A stretch of DNA of 64,000 bases from Acidobacteriota bacterium (GTDB lineage Bacteria > Acidobacteriota > UBA6911 > RPQK01 > JAJDTT01): contig CBDCJH010000002.1 in assembly GCA_965217775.1 (NCBI GenBank), positions 320,001 through 384,000 of the forward strand. Direction: 5' to 3'. The notes below the pieces were generated by a model that saw only the letters and a program-made list of their open reading frames with translations, was not told the origin of the DNA and made no database searches. Shown here piece by piece: positions 8,503-19,551 of the stretch (position 1 is the first letter of the stretch; every line of letters begins with the position of its first letter). A program made the position numbers and the translations under genes.

Positions 8503-10146
8503 ATGAGAGTTATCTGCCTGACAGCGTTGGTGGCCTACTTCCTGCTGTCTCTTGGTTTTTCGGGTGGTCTTGTACCTGTTCAGAGTAAGAAGGAGCAGGA
8601 AAGGCAAGCGCGTGAAGAGCGGCAAGACCATTTCGAGCGGTGGCTGAACGAGGATGTCGTTCACATCATCCTGGAAGAAGAGAGGACTGTTTTTGAGAAG
8701 CTGACGACCCCGGAGGAAAGAGAACAATTTATTGAGCAGTTCTGGCTGCGCCGCGATGCGGACCGGACCACGGCCGAGAATGAATTCAAGGAAGAACATT
8801 ATCGTCGAATCGCCTATGCAAACGACAATTTCTCAAGTGGCATACCGGGGTGGAAGGTCGACCGGGGCCGTATCTATATCATCCATGGGCCGCCCGCCGA
8901 GATAGAACGTTATCCGTCGGGGGGAGTTTACCAGCGCCCCTTTTATGAAGGGGGAGGCACCACCAGCACCTTCCCCTTTGAAATCTGGCGCTATCGCCAT
9001 ATTGAAGGGATTGGAAACGACGTCGAGTTGGAGTTCGTCGACAGCAGCCTCACGGGCGAATACCGGCTGACCATGGTCCCGGACGAAAAGGACGCTTTTC
9101 TGCGCGTCCCCGGAGCCGGAAAGACGGTCGCCGAACAGATGCGGTTGGCCACCAAAAAGGATCGTCCCTACTTCACTCCCGGGAATTCGCAGCGCTATCC
9201 CTTCATGAACCAGCGTGCCAAGGACAACCCTTTCGTCCGTTATGAGACGTACGCGAGGGTACAACGGCCCCTGCAGATCAAATACAAGGACCTACAGGAA
9301 CTGGTGAAAGTCGGTATCTCTTACGAAACGCTTCCCTTGGAGACTCGTCACGACTACTTCAGGCTGAACCAACAAAAGGTTCTGGTGCCGGTCACAATTC
9401 AGGTGGAGAACAAGAACCTGACCTTCAAGCAGGAAGCGGGCGGCTACGTTGCAGAGGTGGCGGTTTACGGCCTGGTCACCAGTATTGCCAACCAGGTTGT
9501 CGCGGAGTTTGAAAATGACCTGGTCATTTCCTACCCGCCGGAAGTCTTTCAGCAGGCCCTTCAGACCCATTCCCTGTATCAGAAGCACCTCATCCTGGAC
9601 CCCAGGATGCGCTACAAGATCGATCTGGTGGTCAAGGATCTCCGGAGCACGAAGGTCGGCGCCGTCCGCCGGGCCATCGTTTCGCCGTCCTTTCCCAAGG
9701 AGAAGCTCGTCGGCAGTTCGTTGATTCTGTCCCAGTTCATCCGGCGGCTCGGCGAAATCCCCAAGGACGACCAGATGTTCGTACTGGGAGATGTCTGGAT
9801 TCATCCCAGCCTGAAGAAGGTTTTTTCCAGCGACGGTCGTCTGGGAGTTTACCTGCAGATTTACAATGCGGCGCTGGATCAGACGGACCAAGCGCCCTCC
9901 CTCGAGATCAGTTACAAGATCTCGTCCCAGAACGGCGAGATCTTTACGGAAACTCTGGATCAGAATGGACAATCGATCCAGTTTTTTTCCTCTCGGCGAG
10001 TGGTGCTGATCAAAGGGCTGCCTCTGAGACACCTGAAGACCGGCAAGTACCGAGTCCAGGTCCTGGTTCAGGATCGCATCAGTGACGAGACGGTGATTGC
10101 GGAAGAATCGTTTGAAGTCGTGAAGAGCCCCCAGGCCAGCTCCTAG
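8503..10146 (+). CDS. GWxTD domain-containing protein
   Basis: Signal peptide; FIEQFWLRRD, NEFKEEHYRRIAYAN, GWKVDRGRIYIIHGPP. Confidence 0.9.
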   Translation: MRVICLTALVAYFLLSLGFSGGLVPVQSKKEQERQAREERQDHFERWLNEDVVHIILEEERTVFEKLTTPEEREQFIEQFWLRRDADRTTAENEFKEEHYRRIAYANDNFSSGIPGWKVDRGRIYIIHGPPAEIERYPSGGVYQRPFYEGGGTTSTFPFEIWRYRHIEGIGNDVELEFVDSSLTGEYRLTMVPDEKDAFLRVPGAGKTVAEQMRLATKKDRPYFTPGNSQRYPFMNQRAKDNPFVRYETYARVQRPLQIKYKDLQELVKVGISYETLPLETRHDYFRLNQQKVLVPVTIQVENKNLTFKQEAGGYVAEVAVYGLVTSIANQVVAEFENDLVISYPPEVFQQALQTHSLYQKHLILDPRMRYKIDLVVKDLRSTKVGAVRRAIVSPSFPKEKLVGSSLILSQFIRRLGEIPKDDQMFVLGDVWIHPSLKKVFSSDGRLGVYLQIYNAALDQTDQAPSLEISYKISSQNGEIFTETLDQNGQSIQFFSSRRVVLIKGLPLRHLKTGKYRVQVLVQDRISDETVIAEESFEVVKSPQASS

Positions 10147-10267
10147 TTCGAGAATCGCGCCCCTTCCAGGTTTCCAACCTTCGTGACCTCCGGCATTTGC
10201 CGGAAGATCCAATGTACAATCCGGCGAAGTGATCAGAGCCCGCTACGGAAGCGGTCGGGAGGATACT

Positions 10268-10435
10268 TTGAAGTCGACTGACAACGACATTCAAACCGGC
10301 TCGGGACCCGAGGAATTGACGAAAGCCCTGGACGAGGCTCCGGTCCCGCGCCTGAACCCTATCCTCACGCTCCTGGTCCTGCAGCTGCTGGGCGTGGCAT
10401 GGCTCTTCCTGGTTTCAATGGCACTCGGCGGGTGA
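10268..10435 (+). CDS. Small single-TM protein upstream of a symporter
   Basis: C-terminal hydrophobic helix; ends 27 bp before the SSS gene; start codon uncertain. Confidence 0.5.
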   Translation: MKSTDNDIQTGSGPEELTKALDEAPVPRLNPILTLLVLQLLGVAWLFLVSMALGG

Positions 10436-10462
10436 CCGAAAATCACGCCGGTAGCAACTGAA

Positions 10463-11920
10463 ATGCTTCTCTGGTCTCTTGTACTCCTCTACATCGCAGG
10501 CCTCATGGTTCTCGGGGCTGTCCTGTCCAGAAGGATCCGTGGCGTGGAGGATTTCCTGGTCGCGGGCCGGAGGGCGAACCGGTGGATGATCAGCCTCTCC
10601 ATTCTGGCCACCTGGGTCGGTGTCGGTACCTTTGTCGGCGGCACGGGCGGCGCCTACGACCTCGGTATCTCATTCTATTGGATCCATTTTTCCTATATGG
10701 GAGCCACCGCTTGGCTTGGCCTCTATGTCATCCCCAAGGTCCGGCGGACCGGTGTTTTGACCCTGCCACAGCTCATAGACAGGCTCTTTGGCACCAGACA
10801 CAAGCTGGTGACGTTGATATTGGTGTTCATCGGGGATATGGGTGCGATTGCCGGAACCATCCTTGCCAGCGTGATCCTGATTACTTTCTTTCTGGGTATT
10901 GGCTTTGTTCCGGCACTGATGATGGTCCTGGGGGTCACGATCGTCTATGTCTTGCTGGGTGGTCAGTGGGCGGTGCTTTGGACCGACTCCATCCAGGCCG
11001 TGATGCTGACGGCGACGGGCATTTCGATCTTCGTCATCGGAGCGACAAAGCTGGGTGGATGGACCGGGTTCGTGGGGCGGCTTCCCGCAGAGATGGTCTC
11101 AGTCACCGGGACGCTTGAATTAGGAACGATGGCCGGCTGGGTCGTCGAGGGAATCGTGATCGCGATGGTCTACCACGCGCTGTTCGTCCGTGGTCTGTCG
11201 GCCAGGAGCACCCGGGAGGCACAGCTTGGCTTCTTGTACGGCGGCATTCTGTGCACCTTCTTCTACATCCTTCCCCACGCTTTGGGCCTCCTGGGAAGGG
11301 CTACGTTTGGAGTCGGAACGGAGCCCAACCACGTTTTCTTCCGTCTCATGTCGGAGGGACTGCCCGTCTTGCTGGTGAGCTTCGTGCTCGCCGGCGCCAT
11401 CGCCGGCGCCATGTCCACGCTGGACAGCGCCCTGATGTCGGTAGCCTCCTATCTGACCGTCGACCTTTACCAACGCCATATCAAGCCGGCCGCAACTCAG
11501 GGCGAAATGGTGACGGCGGCGCGCGTCGCGGTGGCGGGAAGCGCGATCCTGGGGGGCCTGTTCGCCTATGCCCTGCCCATGACCCTCGAAGTCTTCCTGG
11601 TGGGCCAGCGAGTTCTGGGTTCGGCGCTTGCTCCCGTCCTGGTCGGCTTGATCTTCCACCGGCCGCTGCGGCGAATGCCCGCGACGGTGCTGTCCGCCAT
11701 GGTCGCCGGTGCGGGTGTGACCATTCTGTTCACCTGGTTGGGCCAGCATAGCGCCGGCGAGATCAAGGGGATCGCTTACGTCTGGCAATGGCATCCTTGT
11801 ATCCCCGGAACGGCGGCGACGGTGCTTAGCCTGTTGGTTGGTGCAAGGATGGAGAGGCCTCCCGCTCAACTTGGGAAGCCACCTGAAAGAGCAGGCTCTC
11901 GCGAAAACGCCGGCCGATGA
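10463..11920 (+). CDS. Sodium:solute symporter family protein
   Basis: DFLVAGR, ATWVG, GGQWAVLWTDSIQ, AMSTLDS, TVDLY; about 13 TM segments. Confidence 0.92.
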   Translation: MLLWSLVLLYIAGLMVLGAVLSRRIRGVEDFLVAGRRANRWMISLSILATWVGVGTFVGGTGGAYDLGISFYWIHFSYMGATAWLGLYVIPKVRRTGVLTLPQLIDRLFGTRHKLVTLILVFIGDMGAIAGTILASVILITFFLGIGFVPALMMVLGVTIVYVLLGGQWAVLWTDSIQAVMLTATGISIFVIGATKLGGWTGFVGRLPAEMVSVTGTLELGTMAGWVVEGIVIAMVYHALFVRGLSARSTREAQLGFLYGGILCTFFYILPHALGLLGRATFGVGTEPNHVFFRLMSEGLPVLLVSFVLAGAIAGAMSTLDSALMSVASYLTVDLYQRHIKPAATQGEMVTAARVAVAGSAILGGLFAYALPMTLEVFLVGQRVLGSALAPVLVGLIFHRPLRRMPATVLSAMVAGAGVTILFTWLGQHSAGEIKGIAYVWQWHPCIPGTAATVLSLLVGARMERPPAQLGKPPERAGSRENAGR

Positions 11921-13385
11921 GCTGCATGCCGATCGGCAGACCGTTGCCGCCAAAGCCGCAGGGAACCGACAAAGCCGGAAAGCCCGTGACGTTGAGAGGG
12001 CAGGTGTTGCGGTTCATTTCAATCGAACCTCTTCCTTCCCAGGACCCTGCCCGGCTCGACTCGGTCAACTTGATGGCCTTCAAGGGCGTGGTGGGAGTGA
12101 TCAGGAGGTCATAGGCTTCAAACATCTCGTCCAGTTTCTGCGTCATGGCATGCCTGAGGTTCTGGGCTCTGGAGAAATAGACGCTGCAATACTCGCGCCT
12201 GAGATATTTGCCCATGACCATCCAGACTTTGAGGAGGGGAGGGAATCCGTCGCTGCCGGCTCTGCGGGCCCTGCCAAACGCCTCCTGCCAATCCGGGTCG
12301 CACATGCCCCCCCTCCAATAGCCTTCCAGATCCGACTCGACCATGGCCGCGAGCGAATGCCCGATGATCGACAACAGAACCGGCCAGGCGTCCGGCCACC
12401 AAGGGATGGAGACTTCTTTTACCGAGGCGCCGCAGGCTTGCAGTTTTCTCGCTGCTTCCCAAACCGCTTGGCCGACGTCATGCTCGGATTGATCCCATTC
12501 CATCGACTCTTTGACGACCCCCAGCCGGAGACCGGAGACATCCTCTTGGAGGGCCTTGGTGTAGCTCTCGACTTGAATGGGCCCCCGAACCCACTGCGGG
12601 TCTTTGGGATCCTCTCCCGCTATGGCTTCCAGGGTCAGCGCCACCTCCTGCACCGACCTGGCCATGGGGCAGACCTCATCCAGGGTGTGGTCAAGATAGG
12701 AAAGACCGAAGGCCGGAACCAGTCCATGGGTGGGCTTGATGCTGACGACGCCGCACCAGGACGCCGGAATACGCGCACTGCCTCCCTCGTCGACGCCCAA
12801 GGCAATGTCGACCTCGTCGGCCGCCAGCGCCGCCCCGCTACCGCCCGAAGAACCGCCGGCGGAGTACTCGATGTTGTGGGGGTTGCGGACCGGGCCGAAG
12901 TCGCTGGTCTCGTTGGTGCCGCCCATGCCGAAGCTATCCATGTTCAACTTGCCGACGATGGTGGCACCGGCATCCAAAAGGCGCTCGGTGACCGTGGCGT
13001 CGACGCTGGGGACGTACTCGGCAAGGAGGCGCGAGCCGTTGGTCATGGGAACACCGGCCACCCTGATGTTGTCTTTGAGCCCAACCGTCTTTCCGGCCAG
13101 CTTCCCCGTTGGCGCACCGTTCACCCGGCATTTTCGAATGAAGACGTTGCAGGGGTCCTCCTCCGGTGGCGGGCGGTAGCCTCGGTCCCGATACCTGTAT
13201 CTGACCTGCACAGGGGCAACCGGCAGATCATCGAGGCGCTCCACGTCCACAAGCATTCCATCCATGAGAGACCTGAGGTCGGCAGCCTCTTGCTCGGACA
13301 GGTTGATGTATTCCCTGACGGCCAGCGAGCGTATTTCTTCCAACGAAGGTCTTCTGATTTGTCCGGACGGTCTGGCACTTGGCAT
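11826..13385 (-). CDS. Amidase signature family amidase
   Basis: GLKDNI, VGKLNM, AGGSSGGSGAA, GVDEGGSARIPASWCG, GLPIGMQL. Confidence 0.92.
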   Translation of the reverse strand: MPSARPSGQIRRPSLEEIRSLAVREYINLSEQEAADLRSLMDGMLVDVERLDDLPVAPVQVRYRYRDRGYRPPPEEDPCNVFIRKCRVNGAPTGKLAGKTVGLKDNIRVAGVPMTNGSRLLAEYVPSVDATVTERLLDAGATIVGKLNMDSFGMGGTNETSDFGPVRNPHNIEYSAGGSSGGSGAALAADEVDIALGVDEGGSARIPASWCGVVSIKPTHGLVPAFGLSYLDHTLDEVCPMARSVQEVALTLEAIAGEDPKDPQWVRGPIQVESYTKALQEDVSGLRLGVVKESMEWDQSEHDVGQAVWEAARKLQACGASVKEVSIPWWPDAWPVLLSIIGHSLAAMVESDLEGYWRGGMCDPDWQEAFGRARRAGSDGFPPLLKVWMVMGKYLRREYCSVYFSRAQNLRHAMTQKLDEMFEAYDLLITPTTPLKAIKLTESSRAGSWEGRGSIEMNRNTCPLNVTGFPALSVPCGFGGNGLPIGMQLIGRRFRESLLFQVASQVEREASPSLHQPTG

Positions 13386-13489
13386 TGAACAATCCTCTTG
13401 CATTCTTCCCGAGTGTGGGAAGGCCTTCCATCGCCCGACTCCCATCGCGGCACGGAAGCGGCTCCCACACTGGGTTTGCAGTTGGGGGA

Positions 13490-16400
13490 CTATTGAATCG
13501 GAGGAACCGCCGAGGTGGTGAGAAAACTCAGCAGATGGGCCATTTCCTGGACGCTGATCTCCTCCTCCAGACCTTCCGGCATGCCCGAAACCGTCGACGA
13601 ATACATCCGTCGAATATTCTCTCTGGCAATCACGGCCTCGGTGTCATCTTCACGCAGCAAGGTCACGGACACAGGAGTTTGCGAGCCAATGACTCCCTCC
13701 TGCAGAACCCGATTGTTCATCTCGACCACGTAAAGCTCGTAATTGTCCGAGATCGATTGGCTGGGCAACATGATGTTGGTGAGCAATTCCTCCCGCGACC
13801 GATTCCGAACCGTCCCAAGATCAGGGCCGAAGCGGCCTCCCACACCCTCGATCTGATGGCACTTGTCACAGTTTTTCTTGAACACCTGAGCTCCCCGGAC
13901 TGCATCCCCGGAAAGACTCAGGGCCGCCCGGTAGCGTTCCAGAACTCGGAGTCGTTCCCCCTCCAGCTTGCGCAAAAGCTCATGGACGCGGAACCGTATG
14001 GAGGCATCTTGCTGCATGACAAGGCGAATCTTGTGACCTTGATTGATCGTCCAAAATGGGACCTCATCATTTTCGATCCCACTCACCAACAGCTCTACGT
14101 GCTCCGGCCGGGATAGAAGAGCTACGGTGGCCGCCAGACGGACCGGAGGAGTCAGTTCCCTCCATTTGGAGATGAACAAGCGGCCAGACTCCATCCCCTC
14201 GATCTGGCCCAAAGCGCGGACCGCCGCGGTCTGCACCTCCGGGGGCTCCTGTGGGTCGAGCAGTGAGTTCAGCAGGGCGAATCTCGAGTTCACACCGAAG
14301 AGGGCCAGAAGGCGCACCGAGTCGGCTCTCAGATCCGGGACTGCCGCCCGATCCTCGATCCTGTCCAGGAGGTCCCTTATGAGCGGTTCCGGAGCTGGAC
14401 TCAGGGGTTTCTCCATGAGCTCCAGCAACTGCAGCGTTGCCCTTTGCACCGGTGGGGTCGATGCCTGGTACAAGCGGAGGAGTTGGTTTGATGAAAGCCC
14501 TTTCGTGACGCTTTTCGAGCCTTGTCCGATTCCCTGGGCCAGCCCTTCCAGAGCGGCCGCACGCCACCAATCGGATCCTGGTTTCCTGGCATTCGCTACC
14601 TTGCGCAGGAGTTGTCTGACCCCCGACGGGTCGGAACCGGCCGCGACCATGGCAGCGATCCGGCGAAAGAATGCGATTCTCTCCTTCGACGCTTCGTTAC
14701 CAAACTCGGCCACGCCAGTGTCGAACAGATTGAGCGGCCGGACGTCAGAGGCGCTGAGAGCCGCCATTTGCATCCATTCGTCGTCAATGTCCCGCATCAG
14801 CAATTGGCGGCGAGCATTGCGGGCGCCGGGCGAGTCCACCCACCCCAGCGTGCAAAGGAGTTGAAAGCGCACTCTGGGATGAGCATCCTCGGTCATTGCC
14901 AGCAACTTATCTGCCAGTTCGGGAGCCTTCGCCAATCGCGATTCAGCCAGCCGGATCGCGTTCTCCCGGACGCCTGGTTCCGGATCTCCCAGGGCTTTCC
15001 GGATGAGAGAGGCGTCAAGTTTTCCCAGGCCTTCCAGAGTCCACAAAGCATGGACCCGCGCCTCGGGCCTGCGCCCGCCGGCGGCGATCTCGATCAGACG
15101 GTCGATTGCGCGTACGTTCTCTCGGCCAACGAGGAGTCGCTGCGCGTGCATCCTCCACCACAGGTTTGGATGGTTCAGATATTCGACCAGGTCCGGATCC
15201 GAGGCCTTACCGAGCGGAAAGTTCCGCACCAATGGAACCGGCTCCTCGGAAACAGGAGTGATTCGGTAGATTCGGCCCTGTTGACTACCTTCGTAAAGAA
15301 CTTGAGGCCCGCGGTCCTGGCTGTGGAACTCGTCGGACATCCACTCCGGATGCTCGACAATCCGGCGATAGTAATCCACGACGTAAAGGGCTCCGTCCGG
15401 TCCGACATACAAATTGACCGGTCGGAACCAACTGTCCGTGGAGGCCAGGAATTCCGTCTCTTCGCTACTTCGACTGGCCTGCAGGGTGACCCCGTTTTCT
15501 TTCAGAACATCGCAGTGAACCAGGTTGTGGGCCGGTTCGGCTACAAAAGAGACTTGGCTGAATGGAGGAGGGAAGAGTCCTCCCAAGTAGATCGAAATCC
15601 CGCAAGCAGACGTAAAGCTGCCCGGACCTGTGAGAATTCGGTGCTCCGGGTTCCGGGTGATGGGATAGACGCGGGTGGTGTGATCTGAAATGTCTGCTAC
15701 CGGGGAAGCGGCGCGCAAGGACGGGTTGCGCCTCAGGTAGGCAGCCGCGATGACCTCTTGGCGGATATGTCGACCGTTGGTGACAAGGATTTGGCGTCCC
15801 CATCGATCAAAGCTCAGTCCGAATTGAGAGATGCCGGAAAGAGCCTCCAGCTCGAAAGTGTCCGGGCGAAAGCGGAGATTGCCGGTCGAACTGTCCAGTT
15901 GGGGCCCGTCGTTGCGGTCGGGAAACCGCTTCTTGGAACCTGGATCGCCGAACTTGTCTTTGAAGACAATTGCCTTGATCGCCGGCTCATGGGCGAGATA
16001 GATCCAGTTGTCCAGTCCAAAAAGAGGACTGCTGACCGTGTGCTGAGGGTTGGAGAGGGCGAATCCGGTCAGCACGGCCTTTCGGAGGTCGGCACGGTTG
16101 TCGCCGTCCGTGTCTTCGAAGTACCAGACGTTGGGCGCATCGGTAACCAGAATGCCTTGCTTCCATCGCAGAACCCCCGTGGGAAGCACGAGTCCGTCTA
16201 CGAATACCGTAGCCCGATCGGGAAAACCGTCCTGGTTGGTGTCTTCCAGCAGCTTCACGCGCCCGGTCGCCCCAACGTCCAAGGGATAGCCCGGCATCTC
16301 GACTACAAACACGCGGCCATGCTCATCGAATTCCATCGCTACCGGGTCGAGGATCATCGGTTCGGAGGCGAAGACCTCGATTCGAAAGCCCTCTTCGATG

Positions 16401-16642
16401 GTGAAGGTTGTCAGAGCCTCTGCAGGCGTGTAAGGCGGGACCGGCTGCCCGCAGCTCACGACCCAGAAAAGACAAAGCGGAAAAACAGATAAAAGAGAGG
16501 ACCTGGGGCTCAACAAGGTTACGAGATTGATACTATCAAGCCGACGAGCGGTCAAGTGCCCCCGGCTCCACTTGCGAAAAAATTGAAACGGTGTTTCTGC
16601 ACAGAAAACAGTAGGGAATGCAAATAGACATGACCTTGTCAT
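13490..16642 (-). CDS. PVC-type heme-binding CxxCH membrane dehydrogenase-like protein (beta-propeller + HEAT + cytochrome c)
   Basis: FASEPMILDPVAMEFD, STDSWFRPV..GPDGALYVVD, HEAT repeats, CDKCH..GPDL. True start is probably downstream of 16642. Confidence 0.88.
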   Translation of the reverse strand: MTRSCLFAFPTVFCAETPFQFFRKWSRGHLTARRLDSINLVTLLSPRSSLLSVFPLCLFWVVSCGQPVPPYTPAEALTTFTIEEGFRIEVFASEPMILDPVAMEFDEHGRVFVVEMPGYPLDVGATGRVKLLEDTNQDGFPDRATVFVDGLVLPTGVLRWKQGILVTDAPNVWYFEDTDGDNRADLRKAVLTGFALSNPQHTVSSPLFGLDNWIYLAHEPAIKAIVFKDKFGDPGSKKRFPDRNDGPQLDSSTGNLRFRPDTFELEALSGISQFGLSFDRWGRQILVTNGRHIRQEVIAAAYLRRNPSLRAASPVADISDHTTRVYPITRNPEHRILTGPGSFTSACGISIYLGGLFPPPFSQVSFVAEPAHNLVHCDVLKENGVTLQASRSSEETEFLASTDSWFRPVNLYVGPDGALYVVDYYRRIVEHPEWMSDEFHSQDRGPQVLYEGSQQGRIYRITPVSEEPVPLVRNFPLGKASDPDLVEYLNHPNLWWRMHAQRLLVGRENVRAIDRLIEIAAGGRRPEARVHALWTLEGLGKLDASLIRKALGDPEPGVRENAIRLAESRLAKAPELADKLLAMTEDAHPRVRFQLLCTLGWVDSPGARNARRQLLMRDIDDEWMQMAALSASDVRPLNLFDTGVAEFGNEASKERIAFFRRIAAMVAAGSDPSGVRQLLRKVANARKPGSDWWRAAALEGLAQGIGQGSKSVTKGLSSNQLLRLYQASTPPVQRATLQLLELMEKPLSPAPEPLIRDLLDRIEDRAAVPDLRADSVRLLALFGVNSRFALLNSLLDPQEPPEVQTAAVRALGQIEGMESGRLFISKWRELTPPVRLAATVALLSRPEHVELLVSGIENDEVPFWTINQGHKIRLVMQQDASIRFRVHELLRKLEGERLRVLERYRAALSLSGDAVRGAQVFKKNCDKCHQIEGVGGRFGPDLGTVRNRSREELLTNIMLPSQSISDNYELYVVEMNNRVLQEGVIGSQTPVSVTLLREDDTEAVIARENIRRMYSSTVSGMPEGLEEEISVQEMAHLLSFLTTSAVPPIQ

Positions 16643-18327
16643 TGCGGATACTGCTCACCGGAGTTCTGCTGCTCTCAGGATCCAGCGTCCGAGCCATTTC
16701 TCAGGACTTCCAGGTGAGTTTCGAAGACGTGACCGAGGCAGCCGGACTGAATGTAACCACCACTTGTGGAACTATTGAAAAAAAGTTCATTGTGGAGGGA
16801 AACGGTAGTGGTTGTGCCTGGATCGACTACAATAACGACGGGTGGATGGACCTTTACATTATCAATGGGATCTCACTCGAGAATCTCTTCAACGGTGAGG
16901 CGGATACTTCCCGGGCTCCCAATTTCCTGTTCCAAAACAACGCAGACGGCACCTTTACCGAGGTCACTCAAAAGGCCGGGATTCTTGGATCGGGCCTTGG
17001 GAACGGGGTGGTGGCCGCCGATTACGACAACGACGGTTTTATTGACCTGTTCGTTACCAATTACGGTGAAGACCTCCTTTATCGAAATAATGGCAATGGA
17101 ACATTCACTAATGTAGCCGGGAGCGCCAACGTCGGTGGAGGCGGATGGTGGAGCACGGGAGCGACTTTCGGCGATTATGATCGCGACGGCTGGGTCGATC
17201 TTTATGTCAGCCGCTATCTCGATTTCGATCTCCAAAATCCTCCCACCGGCGGAGCGTCCTGCAATTACCGTGGGCTGCCGGTCATGTGTGGCCCCCTGGG
17301 CCTGAAGGGAGCTCCCGATGTGCTCTATCGGAACCTGGGGAACGGGACCTTTCGTGAGGTGACGGCAGCGGCCGGCGTCGAGGACAAGCAATTGGGGTAT
17401 GGGTTTTCCGCCGTCTTCGAGGACCTGGACAATGACGGGTTTCCTGAGCTCTTCGTCACCAACGACGCTGGACAGAATTATCTCTATCAGAACCGGAAGG
17501 ACGGGACCTTCCAGGAGCTTGCTCTGCTGGCTGGCGTCGCCTACAACCGCGAAGGCCGGGCTCAGGCCAACATGGGCGTGGCTCTGGGAGACCTGGGAAA
17601 TGACGGATTCACCGATTTATTCGTGACGACGTTCTCCGAAGACTACTACCCCTTGTTTCGAAGTTTCGGGAACTTCAATTTCGAAGAGATCTCGTTTCAA
17701 GCCAAGCTGGGGAAAATCACCATCCCCTACCTGGGCTGGGCCGCCATTTTTGGTGACTTTGACAACGACGGCGCCTTGGATCTCTTCATGGCCAACGGGC
17801 ACCTCTATCCGCAGGCCGCGGAAATCGAGAGTCTCAACTACAAGCAACAGGATCTTTTGTTTCGTGGCGCCGGGGGCTTCCGGTTTGAAGACGTTTCCGC
17901 GGCGGCCGAGCTCACGCGTCTGTCTCCCAAATCGAGTCGCGGGGCTGCGGTTTGTGATTATGACAACGATGGAGACCTCGATTTAGTGGTCCTGGCCATT
18001 GACGACACTCCTACCCTCTTGCGAAACCATGGAGGAAATCGTCGACAATGGCTCCAGCTTCGTCTGGTTGGCCGACCCGGGAACCGTTCGGCAATTGGTG
18101 CGACAGCAAGGGTGGTGACGGGCGAAGGGGTCCGGAATCGGCGAATACGGGGCGGGGGAAACTATCTGTCCCACAACGACCTTCGTTTGCATTTTGGGCT
18201 GGGGAAGAGCGAGCAGGTGGATCGAATCGAGATCAACTGGCCCAATGGTGGGCGGGAAACCCTGGAAAAAATCAACGCCGGCCGGATTCTGACGATCATC
18301 GAGGGTGAATCGACAGGCAGCCGCTGA
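16618..18327 (+). CDS. CRTAC1/ASPIC-UnbV family FG-GAP repeat protein
   Basis: Repeated DYDNDGxxDL motifs; C-terminal GGGNYLSHNDLRLHFGLG..IEINWPNG. Confidence 0.92.
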   Translation: MQIDMTLSLRILLTGVLLLSGSSVRAISQDFQVSFEDVTEAAGLNVTTTCGTIEKKFIVEGNGSGCAWIDYNNDGWMDLYIINGISLENLFNGEADTSRAPNFLFQNNADGTFTEVTQKAGILGSGLGNGVVAADYDNDGFIDLFVTNYGEDLLYRNNGNGTFTNVAGSANVGGGGWWSTGATFGDYDRDGWVDLYVSRYLDFDLQNPPTGGASCNYRGLPVMCGPLGLKGAPDVLYRNLGNGTFREVTAAAGVEDKQLGYGFSAVFEDLDNDGFPELFVTNDAGQNYLYQNRKDGTFQELALLAGVAYNREGRAQANMGVALGDLGNDGFTDLFVTTFSEDYYPLFRSFGNFNFEEISFQAKLGKITIPYLGWAAIFGDFDNDGALDLFMANGHLYPQAAEIESLNYKQQDLLFRGAGGFRFEDVSAAAELTRLSPKSSRGAAVCDYDNDGDLDLVVLAIDDTPTLLRNHGGNRRQWLQLRLVGRPGNRSAIGATARVVTGEGVRNRRIRGGGNYLSHNDLRLHFGLGKSEQVDRIEINWPNGGRETLEKINAGRILTIIEGESTGSR

Positions 18328-18407
18328 ATGCAATGGCAGGCTTATGCCTTGTCATTCTGTTGGTGCAGGATTCAAGAAATCGCACCGGACAAAACGGTGA
18401 AGCCTGG

Positions 18408-19430
18408 TCAGCTCCCTGTCCAGGAACGTCTCCACTCCCGATATCTTTCGTAGACCTGCGCCATTCTCTGTTCATGGGTTCCCTGCAGTTGGGTAATCCA
18501 CACGGCGGCGCGGGCATGGACCTTTTGCCCCGATTCCAAGACAGACCAGCCCCAAGTGAAGTCATGGGCCGTGTCATGGTCGTGGGGTTGGCCCAAAAGA
18601 GCGGTGCAGTTGTCATCCACGAAATGGACGGCCGTCAAACCGCTGGAGTCCTCAATGCCGACCAGAATGGGGTCAGCGAAGAACCAGTCCGGATCAAAGG
18701 CCAGGCTCCAGTCTACTTCCTTGGCATCCGCCACACGCCCGTCGCGACGCCAGAGGTGGGTTTGCGGTGAGGAGGAAATGAAATAAGAACTCTTCCAGGG
18801 CTCGCCCCGGGTGACCGGCTGCCACGAAATCCCACTCTCCGACCGGGAGGGTACGAAGGTGGCATTGAGTCTGTTCGGGAGGTAGGACGCAAAGAGGAGC
18901 TCCAGATCATTTTGCCTGCGGATGGCTTCGATGTGACCATCCAGGAGAATCACGTCATCCACGACCCGGTATTCCAGCGTTATACGCAAACCCTGGTCTG
19001 CCAGCTCTTCATCGGGGTAGGAGAGGCGAACTCCGTCCGGGATCGGCTCCGGTCTGACCGAACTGGCGAGCCGCCACGGTGTGATATCCCTGGGCCCGCC
19101 GGGCCTGAGGATCCATTCCGGCATCAGCAGAGCATTCGGGCGTGTCGCATTCACCAGGGAAGCGTTCAGCGGCGCAAAGACGCATTGCCCCACGCCCGGA
19201 AAATCACTCCTCCCCGGTTTCCCCCCGTCCCCGAAGCGGAAGTGACCCCTCAAGATGCCGGTGTCAAACGCAATCAGAGAATGCTCTGAGGGAATGGCGT
19301 CCTGAGTGGAGGGTTGCTCTGGTTTTGACGCGGACGGTCTCAATTCTTCAGAATCTCGACAATCGAGGCACGGGAGCAGGAAAGCAGCCAGGAATATGCT
19401 CAAAAAAGAGTTGTTCTTGACGTACATCAT
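18408..19430 (-). CDS. Exported hypothetical protein
   Basis: GGAGG RBS before MMYVKNNSFLSIFLAAFLLPC; signal or lipoprotein-like N-terminus; 340 aa. Confidence 0.6.
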   Translation of the reverse strand: MMYVKNNSFLSIFLAAFLLPCLDCRDSEELRPSASKPEQPSTQDAIPSEHSLIAFDTGILRGHFRFGDGGKPGRSDFPGVGQCVFAPLNASLVNATRPNALLMPEWILRPGGPRDITPWRLASSVRPEPIPDGVRLSYPDEELADQGLRITLEYRVVDDVILLDGHIEAIRRQNDLELLFASYLPNRLNATFVPSRSESGISWQPVTRGEPWKSSYFISSSPQTHLWRRDGRVADAKEVDWSLAFDPDWFFADPILVGIEDSSGLTAVHFVDDNCTALLGQPHDHDTAHDFTWGWSVLESGQKVHARAAVWITQLQGTHEQRMAQVYERYREWRRSWTGS

Positions 19431-19551
19431 CACCTCCAGGATCGATGAGTGCCCCTGGTTGATCTCTCGAGGGCGGAGGCCGCGACAATAGAAGCTCTTC
19501 AGGATGGTACAGAGATCACGCTCCGATTGGGTCACCTGTAATTCGAGCCGT

